From NCBI GenBank assembly GCA_040751795.1, contig JBFMHR010000002.1, positions 192,001 through 256,000 on the forward strand: a stretch of DNA of 64,000 nucleotides, given 5' to 3'. The notes below the pieces were generated by a model, which saw nothing but the letters and a program-made list of their open reading frames with translations, searched no databases and was not told where the DNA came from. Below, one piece after another: positions 58,283-64,000 of this stretch. Numbering within the stretch: the first letter of the stretch is position 1; every line of letters begins with the position of its first letter. A program made the translations under genes and the position numbers. This DNA comes from Thermoplasmatota archaeon (GTDB lineage Archaea; Thermoplasmatota; Thermoplasmata; UBA10834).

Positions 58283-59074
58283 ATGTTGACATGCCAGAAG
58301 TGTGGAGCAGCGAACCAGGACGGATCGGCTGTGTGCAGCGCGTGCGGCAGCAGGATGGATGCGGGCGTGAGGTACTGCGTCTCGTGCGGCCGCTCGGTCG
58401 ACTTCAACGTGAACGTATGCCCTTACTGCGGCCACGATTACCGCGTGGCGCCATCCCCCCCCGCAAAGGAATCGCTGAGCGGGGGGATGAGGGTCCTGCT
58501 CTACCTCGTGTCGGTGTTCGTCTGGATCGCCGGGATAATCATCGGCATCGTGTTCATGATGAAGGACGACCCCGAGTACAAGCGCGTGGGGAAGATATGC
58601 CTCATACTGGGCATAGTCTCCATCCTCATCAGCGTCGGCCTTGCGGCGGCCCTCTATGTGATGGTCCTCGGCTTCGGCACCTCGGGGGGGAATCAGATCG
58701 GACCGACCGCCACCTTGTCGAGGAGCACTGGCTTGGACGGGGTGACATTCACGTTTGTCGCAATCACGGAATCGGTGGCGTGGGGGGATATGTCCTTCCT
58801 CCTCAACGATGGCTATGAGTCGATCTTCTGGCACCCAGCGACCGTCGATATGGTCGGGGGGCTGTGGGAGTCCGAGTACTACGATGCCGAGACTCTCTCC
58901 AGCATCAGCGTCTCCATGACGGCCACGGACCTCGCGGGGGATGGCCAAGTGCAGGGAGGCGACTTCTTCCTGTTGTCGCCGTCCCCGGAGTTCAACGCCG
59001 CGACGGCATATACACTGACGGTGATATGGAACCCCTCAGGCGAAGCCATCTGCTCTTCCACGTTCTCGGGCTGA
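58283..59074 (+). CDS. Double-zinc-ribbon membrane protein with C-terminal pilin-like domain
   Basis: Four CxxC motifs, two TM helices ending LAAALYVMVLGFG, then a beta-rich domain with DLAGDGQVQGGDFF; GGAGGTG SD. Confidence 0.75.
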   Translation: MLTCQKCGAANQDGSAVCSACGSRMDAGVRYCVSCGRSVDFNVNVCPYCGHDYRVAPSPPAKESLSGGMRVLLYLVSVFVWIAGIIIGIVFMMKDDPEYKRVGKICLILGIVSILISVGLAAALYVMVLGFGTSGGNQIGPTATLSRSTGLDGVTFTFVAITESVAWGDMSFLLNDGYESIFWHPATVDMVGGLWESEYYDAETLSSISVSMTATDLAGDGQVQGGDFFLLSPSPEFNAATAYTLTVIWNPSGEAICSSTFSG

Positions 59075-59162
59075 GCGACCAGCGGGGCCACGCTTAAATG
59101 CTCGTAGATGGTTCTACGTCCGGCATCGGCAGCCAGCACCGCGAGCTAACGGAGGGGCCCTT

Positions 59163-61106
59163 CTGTACGTCTTCAGCACCTGCCCGAGGGACTGCTACGA
59201 CACCTGTTCAATGGTCACCAGGGTGAAGGACGGCCGCCTCCACGGCTCCGAGCCGAACAGCAAGCACCCGTTCACCGGCGACCTCCTCTGCCCCAAGGGG
59301 CGCAACCTCACCCAGTACGTCTACTCCAAGCAGAGGCTCCTCTACCCGATGAGGCGGACGGGCCCGAAGGGCTCGGGCCGGTTCGAGAAGGTCACCTGGA
59401 ACGACGCGCTCAAGGAGATCGCCCAGAAGGCGCGGGAGGCCTCCGAGAAGCACGGGCCCGAGTCGGTGCTGCAGTTCGACTACGCCGGGACGATGGGGCT
59501 CGTGCAGAGGCACTTCCCGAGCAGGTTCTTCAACGCCATCGGCGCCTCGAGGGTGTCGCACACGATCTGCTCCCGGGCGGGGGACAAGGCCCTCGAGATC
59601 GTCTGGGGGTCGAGCCTGGGCATGCTGCCCGAGGAGATCGAGGAGTGCAGGCTCATTATCGTCTGGGGGATGAACGTCGCATGGAGCAGCCCGCACGGCT
59701 TCGAGATCCTGAAGCGCGCGGCGAAGCGCGGCGCCAAGATCTACGTCATAGACCCACTGAGGACACCGACCGCCGAGATAGGCATCCACCTCCAGATCCG
59801 CCCGGCGACCGACTCCGCCCTCGCGCTCGGCATCATGAACCACCTCATCCAGAACAGGCTCTGCAACGAGATCTTCCTGGAGAGGAACGCCGTCGGCTTC
59901 GACAGGCTCGCGGGCGTGGCCGGCAAGTTCGACATGACCACGATCTCCAAGGCGACGGGCCTGACGACGAGGCAGATCGAGGACTTCATAGGCGACTACG
60001 TGTCCCTGAGGCCCAACTGCATCATGATCGGCTACGGCATGCAGAGGCAGAGGAACGGCGGCGAGATGGTCAGGGCGATAAGCACCCTCCCCGCACTCAT
60101 CGGGGAGAACCGGGGCTTCTTCTACTCCACGGACCTGGGCAACTTCGACATGGACTACCTCGAGGGCAGCGCGCTCAGGACCAGGAGGCGGGTGACGCAC
60201 AACATGGTGGACATCGGGCGCACCCTCCAGTCCGGCAGGGTGAGGATGATGTTCGTGTACAACTGCAACCCGCTGGCGACCCTGCCCAACCAGTCCCTGG
60301 TCAGGAAGGGCTTCGCGAGTGACGACGTCTACACCGTGGTGCACGACCTGTTCCAGACGGACACGGCCGACTACGCCGACATGGTGCTCCCCGCGACGAG
60401 CTTCTTCGAGCACTATGACATCAACACGTCGTACTTCCACAGCTACCTCTCCGTGAACGAGAAGGCAATCGAGCCCATCGGCGAGGCGAGGAGCAACAGC
60501 GACACCTTCAGGGCCATCGCCTCCGCCATGGGGCTGACCCAGAGGGAGCTCTTCGAGGAGGACGAGAAGGTCGCGAAGACGTTGGTGTCGAAGAGCAAGT
60601 CCGTGGAGGGAAGGTCCGAGGACATCACCAAGAAGGGCTTCCTGAGACTCAAGGTCCCGGACAGGAGGACCTACGCCACCCCGTCCAAGAAGATCGAGCT
60701 GTACTCCGCGTCGGCCGAGGCGGAGGGCCTGGGCGGCCTGCCGTCGCACGTGCCGGTCTCCAGCACCCTGCCGTACATGCTCCTCACGCCCGTGCACAAG
60801 TTCCTGGTCAGGTCGCAGTACCACCAGAGGTGGCAGGACATCAGGCCCATCGTCTACATGAACCCCAAGGACGCCAAGGCCGAGGGGGCGGAGGGCGGGT
60901 CGACCGTCACGCTCGCCAACGAGCTGGGCGAGTGGGAGGTCGAGTGCGAGGTCTCCGACGCGGTGCCGCGCGGGGTGATCGTGGCGTACTCGGCCCTGTG
61001 GCCCAAGCTCAGCGGAGGGATGAGCGCCAACTTCCTCACGACAGACTTCGTCCAGAGGTACGGCCAGAACTCCGCCTTCAACTCCACGTTCGTCAAGCTG
61101 CTCTGA
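59163..61106 (+). CDS. Molybdopterin (Mo/W-bisPGD) oxidoreductase, uncharacterised YyaE/YoaE-like subfamily
   Basis: CPRDCYDTC...LCPKG Fe-S motif (partly upstream of first ATG, so CTG start inferred), RLLYPM, TICSRAG, TDTADYADMVLPA, MNPKDA. Confidence 0.88.
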   Translation: MYVFSTCPRDCYDTCSMVTRVKDGRLHGSEPNSKHPFTGDLLCPKGRNLTQYVYSKQRLLYPMRRTGPKGSGRFEKVTWNDALKEIAQKAREASEKHGPESVLQFDYAGTMGLVQRHFPSRFFNAIGASRVSHTICSRAGDKALEIVWGSSLGMLPEEIEECRLIIVWGMNVAWSSPHGFEILKRAAKRGAKIYVIDPLRTPTAEIGIHLQIRPATDSALALGIMNHLIQNRLCNEIFLERNAVGFDRLAGVAGKFDMTTISKATGLTTRQIEDFIGDYVSLRPNCIMIGYGMQRQRNGGEMVRAISTLPALIGENRGFFYSTDLGNFDMDYLEGSALRTRRRVTHNMVDIGRTLQSGRVRMMFVYNCNPLATLPNQSLVRKGFASDDVYTVVHDLFQTDTADYADMVLPATSFFEHYDINTSYFHSYLSVNEKAIEPIGEARSNSDTFRAIASAMGLTQRELFEEDEKVAKTLVSKSKSVEGRSEDITKKGFLRLKVPDRRTYATPSKKIELYSASAEAEGLGGLPSHVPVSSTLPYMLLTPVHKFLVRSQYHQRWQDIRPIVYMNPKDAKAEGAEGGSTVTLANELGEWEVECEVSDAVPRGVIVAYSALWPKLSGGMSANFLTTDFVQRYGQNSAFNSTFVKLL

Positions 61107-61109
61107 GCC

Positions 61110-62492
61110 TCAGTCCTCCTGCTTCGCCCCGGGCGAGCCGAAGAACTCCCTGTGGATCGCGGTTATCGTCTTCTTGAGGTCCTTGTGGTCGACGGTGAAG
61201 TGGTAGGCGACCGTGGACGCCCCGGCGGATATCAGCTCGACGTTGACCTTCTTCGCCGCGACCGCCCTGAACACCCTGGCCGCGACGCCCTCGGTGTAGC
61301 CGAGGCCTTCTCCGACGGTGCACACGAGCGCCACCCCCGGCTTGATCTCGAAGCTCTCGCCGACGCCGCCTATGACGCCCTTGATGGCCCTCTTGGCCTG
61401 GGGGATCTGCTGCTCGTCTATGAGGACCGCCACGCAGGTCTGGGACGTGGTGGCGGAGAATATGTTGACCTCCTCATCCGAGAGGCAGTTGGTGATGTCC
61501 GCGAGGAACCCTGACTTGTAGCCGGCGCCCGTGTCGTACACCTTCAGCGTCGCTATCTTCGGCACGTACGACACGCTCTTGATGACGTCCTTGCGGGTCA
61601 TCTTGCCGTTGCCGATTGTCGTGCCGGGCGACTCGGGGGTGTAGAGGTTCTTGATGATGATCTCGATCCCCTTGATCCTGGCCGGCTGGACGGCCCTGGC
61701 GTGGAGGACCTGGGCGCCGAAGTAGGCCAGCTCCGCGGCCTCCTCGTACGAGAGCCTGTCGATCATGAACGCGTCCTTGACCAGCTTGGGGTCTGCGCTC
61801 ATGAACCCGTCGACCTCCTTCCATATCTCGATCGGCTTGGCGCCGGTGGAGTACGCGACCACCGCGGCGGTGTAGTCCGTCCCGCTGCGGCCGACCGTGG
61901 TCACGTGCCCGTCCTGGGTGATCCCGAAGAAGCCCGTGACGACGGGGACGATCCCCTTCTCCGTCGCGCTCTTGAGGGTCGGGCCCATGTTCATCTCGCA
62001 CAGGTCGAGGAGCGCCACCGCGTTCCCGTGCTGCTCGTTGGTGATGAACCCGAGCGCGTCCGTCTCCATGGGGACGGCGTCGATCCCGTCGTGCGAGAGC
62101 CTGGACGCGACCACTATCGCAGAGAGCCGCTCGCCGAAGCTCAGGATCAGGTCCTTCGTCCTCGGGGTCAGCTCCTCCGTGTAGGTTATGCCGTACAGGA
62201 GCCGCTCGAGCTTGGTGACCTTCCCCTCGATCATGTTGAGGGACTCCTTCCTGGCGGCACCGTCGCTCCTGGGCAGCGTGTCTATGTGCCTCATCCTGAG
62301 CGCGAGGAGGAAGTCGTCGATCTCCCTCTCCTGCCGCGGCTTGGATATGAAGTCCTTCAGGGCGTTCGTGACGCCGGACGCGGCCGACACGACGACGACC
62401 TTCTGGTCCTTCTCCGACCCGACCACACCGGATACCCTGTCCAGGGCGTCCTCCGTCCCGAGGCACGTCCCTCCGAACTTCATCACCTTCAA
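61110..62492 (-). CDS. lysC: Aspartate kinase with ACT domains
   Basis: VMKFGGT, VVSA, SFGERLS, GRSGTDY, DGFMSADP, LAYFGAQVLH; TTG start after GAGGTGA. Confidence 0.92.
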   Translation of the reverse strand: MKVMKFGGTCLGTEDALDRVSGVVGSEKDQKVVVVSAASGVTNALKDFISKPRQEREIDDFLLALRMRHIDTLPRSDGAARKESLNMIEGKVTKLERLLYGITYTEELTPRTKDLILSFGERLSAIVVASRLSHDGIDAVPMETDALGFITNEQHGNAVALLDLCEMNMGPTLKSATEKGIVPVVTGFFGITQDGHVTTVGRSGTDYTAAVVAYSTGAKPIEIWKEVDGFMSADPKLVKDAFMIDRLSYEEAAELAYFGAQVLHARAVQPARIKGIEIIIKNLYTPESPGTTIGNGKMTRKDVIKSVSYVPKIATLKVYDTGAGYKSGFLADITNCLSDEEVNIFSATTSQTCVAVLIDEQQIPQAKRAIKGVIGGVGESFEIKPGVALVCTVGEGLGYTEGVAARVFRAVAAKKVNVELISAGASTVAYHFTVDHKDLKKTITAIHREFFGSPGAKQED

Positions 62493-63262
62493 GGCCTCAC
62501 CTCTTGAGATGGATGCGGGGAGCACGAGTAGCACGCGGCGGGCATCCTCGAGTGGGCCGTGAGCCTCTCGGGGCTGTGCGCCACCTCGACCAGCTCGGGC
62601 AGCCTCCCGTGGACGGCGACCTCGCCGTCGAACATGGCCAGGCCCCCCGCCATCCCGGGGACGCCCTTGAACGGGTCGAAGCATGTCGCGAGCGACCCGC
62701 GCCCGCGGACCCTGTTGCCGATGGCGGTGGCCAGCGCGTCGGCGAGCGCCGCCGAGTCGGCGATGGCGACCGCGACGTCCGCATCGCCCAGGCTGATGGA
62801 GTGCCCGAGCCTCCCGCTCGACGTGCATACTCCGAACGCGCCCCCGGCCGGCTCGAGCCTCAGCCCGAACGCGGTCCTGGCGCCCGGCTCGTGGAAGACC
62901 TCCATCGTGACGGGACGGTCGAGGACGAGGGCGACGTCGCCGCCGTTGTCGACCCACCCGTGGGTGCAGCCCTGGGCAACCATGGCCTCCAGCCCCGCCT
63001 GCGCGACGGCCCCTGCGACCGCCGCCATCGGGCCCACGCCGGCCAGCGCCGCGGCGTCGCACATCCTCGCGACCGTCGGCTCAGCGCCGTCGGGGGTGTA
63101 CGGCTCCAGCGTGGCGAGGAAGAACGGGTCCCTGCGGACCTGCCTCTCGACCTCCCTCCTCGCGGCCTTGATGGCGTCGACGGCAGCCTCGACGAACCTG
63201 CCTTCGGCTGCTATGGTCGCTGCCGTCTCGGCGATCTCCACCCTCGCGTGCACGAAAGCCAT
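62489..63262 (-). CDS. UPF0280 (ApbE-like, COG2122) protein
   Basis: GPMAAVAGA, DNGGD, CTSSG..GHSISLG.AD, ADALATAIGN. Confidence 0.9.
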   Translation of the reverse strand: MAFVHARVEIAETAATIAAEGRFVEAAVDAIKAARREVERQVRRDPFFLATLEPYTPDGAEPTVARMCDAAALAGVGPMAAVAGAVAQAGLEAMVAQGCTHGWVDNGGDVALVLDRPVTMEVFHEPGARTAFGLRLEPAGGAFGVCTSSGRLGHSISLGDADVAVAIADSAALADALATAIGNRVRGRGSLATCFDPFKGVPGMAGGLAMFDGEVAVHGRLPELVEVAHSPERLTAHSRMPAACYSCSPHPSQEVRP

Positions 63263-63263
63263 C

Positions 63264-63665
63264 TCAGATCAGTATCTCCATGGCGCGGGGCGGGCAGGCG
63301 TCTATGCACACGCCGCACGCCACGCACTTCTCCTCGTTGAAGCTGACCTTCCCGGTCCTGGGGTCGATGGTCAGCGCCTTGGTCGGGCATATGGAGACGC
63401 ACATCCCGCAGTGGGTGCACGCCTCGTCGTCCCTCCTCACGCCCTCCTTGATAGGCCTGACGCCCACCCTGTTCGCCTTCAGGTAGTCGATGCCACCCCT
63501 GATGTCGTCCGCCTTGCCGGAGAGCTCGAGCACCATCTTGCCCCCCACCTCGTCTATCTCCGCCCTCAGTATGTTCACGAGGAGGTGGTGCTTGGCGATC
63601 AGGTTGTGGGTGATCGGCTGGTTCGACGCCTCCGGGCTGAAGGTGAGCACTACCTTGGTCTTCAT
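63264..63665 (-). CDS. NIL domain plus 4Fe-4S ferredoxin (iron-sulfur partner of aspartate-semialdehyde sulfurtransferase)
   Basis: LVNILRAEI; CTHCGMCVSICP and CVACGVCIDACP. Confidence 0.9.
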   Translation of the reverse strand: MKTKVVLTFSPEASNQPITHNLIAKHHLLVNILRAEIDEVGGKMVLELSGKADDIRGGIDYLKANRVGVRPIKEGVRRDDEACTHCGMCVSICPTKALTIDPRTGKVSFNEEKCVACGVCIDACPPRAMEILI

Positions 63666-63666
63666 C

Positions 63667-63999
63667 TCAGGTCGCCTCCCTCTCGGTCCTGACGTCCAGG
63701 GTCCTCAGCGGCCGGTCCCTCGGGAAGCTCTGCATGGGCTCCTGCACCGTGAACTCCCCCTTCAGTATCCAGCTCTTCAGCACCTCCGCCACCTTCCGCG
63801 CCTTGTATATGCTCGAGAGGGACGAGGTCGGGACCTGCTTCCCCTTGATCTCGATCTCGCCGGACCTGAGCTCTGCGTAGGACACCTCCCTCAGCACGGG
63901 CCTCGACCTGGTCGCGTGGCTGTAGTCGAACACCGCGGTCGTCACGTCCGCGTCCGTGACGGCGCAGAACCTGGCCATGTCCTCGTCCAGGATCGGTAT
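63667..63999 (-). CDS. C-terminus of homocysteine biosynthesis protein (DUF39/COG1900, MA1821/MJ0100-like), truncated by window edge
   Basis: IPILDE..., VSYAELRSG, SLSSIYKARKVAEVLKSWILKGEF; adjacent NIL-ferredoxin and UPF0280 genes. Confidence 0.85.
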   Translation of the reverse strand: MPILDEDMARFCAVTDADVTTAVFDYSHATRSRPVLREVSYAELRSGEIEIKGKQVPTSSLSSIYKARKVAEVLKSWILKGEFTVQEPMQSFPRDRPLRTLDVRTEREAT

Positions 64000-64000
64000 C

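Noticed and set aside
152-63692. Many long overlapping or antisense ORFs in the track (e.g. 30647-33247, 32209-34254, 35232-37676, 14045-15919)
   Set aside because: Shadow frames typical of high-GC DNA; Arg/Gly/Pro-rich or antisense to genes with clear motifs.
1-64000. CRISPR arrays, cas genes, transposases, prophage genes, rRNA
   Set aside because: None recognised; the window is almost fully accounted for by housekeeping and metabolic genes.

Overview
GC-rich archaeal chromosomal segment with densely packed genes. Archaeal markers include dph5, archaeal-type GlyRS, ThiDN, AbrB-PhoU, a Trm5/Taw2-family methyltransferase, COG1900 homocysteine genes and TATA/BRE-like promoters. Gene content suggests an anaerobic Thermoplasmatota lineage, which is an inference. 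I annotate about 60 CDS and one tRNA-Gly(GCC), and see no CRISPR array, transposase or prophage. Most interesting: (1) a Rab-like small GTPase directly followed by a 1,397-aa single-pass surface protein with Ig/cadherin-like repeats outside and a longin/roadblock-like domain inside, a candidate receptor-to-GTPase signalling system; (2) a three-hairpin H/ACA guide RNA whose third hairpin matches 23S rRNA helix 69; (3) a second ~170-nt structured ncRNA candidate of no class I recognise; (4) a pyrrolysine-free MtmB homologue paired with a corrinoid protein, plus a pyrrolysine-free MttB homologue; (5) an FtsZ paralogue lacking the T7 catalytic loop; (6) zinc-ribbon membrane proteins fused to pilin-like segments; (7) several genes that appear to start at CTG or ACG. 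All family assignments come from motif recognition by eye; no database search or folding program was run.
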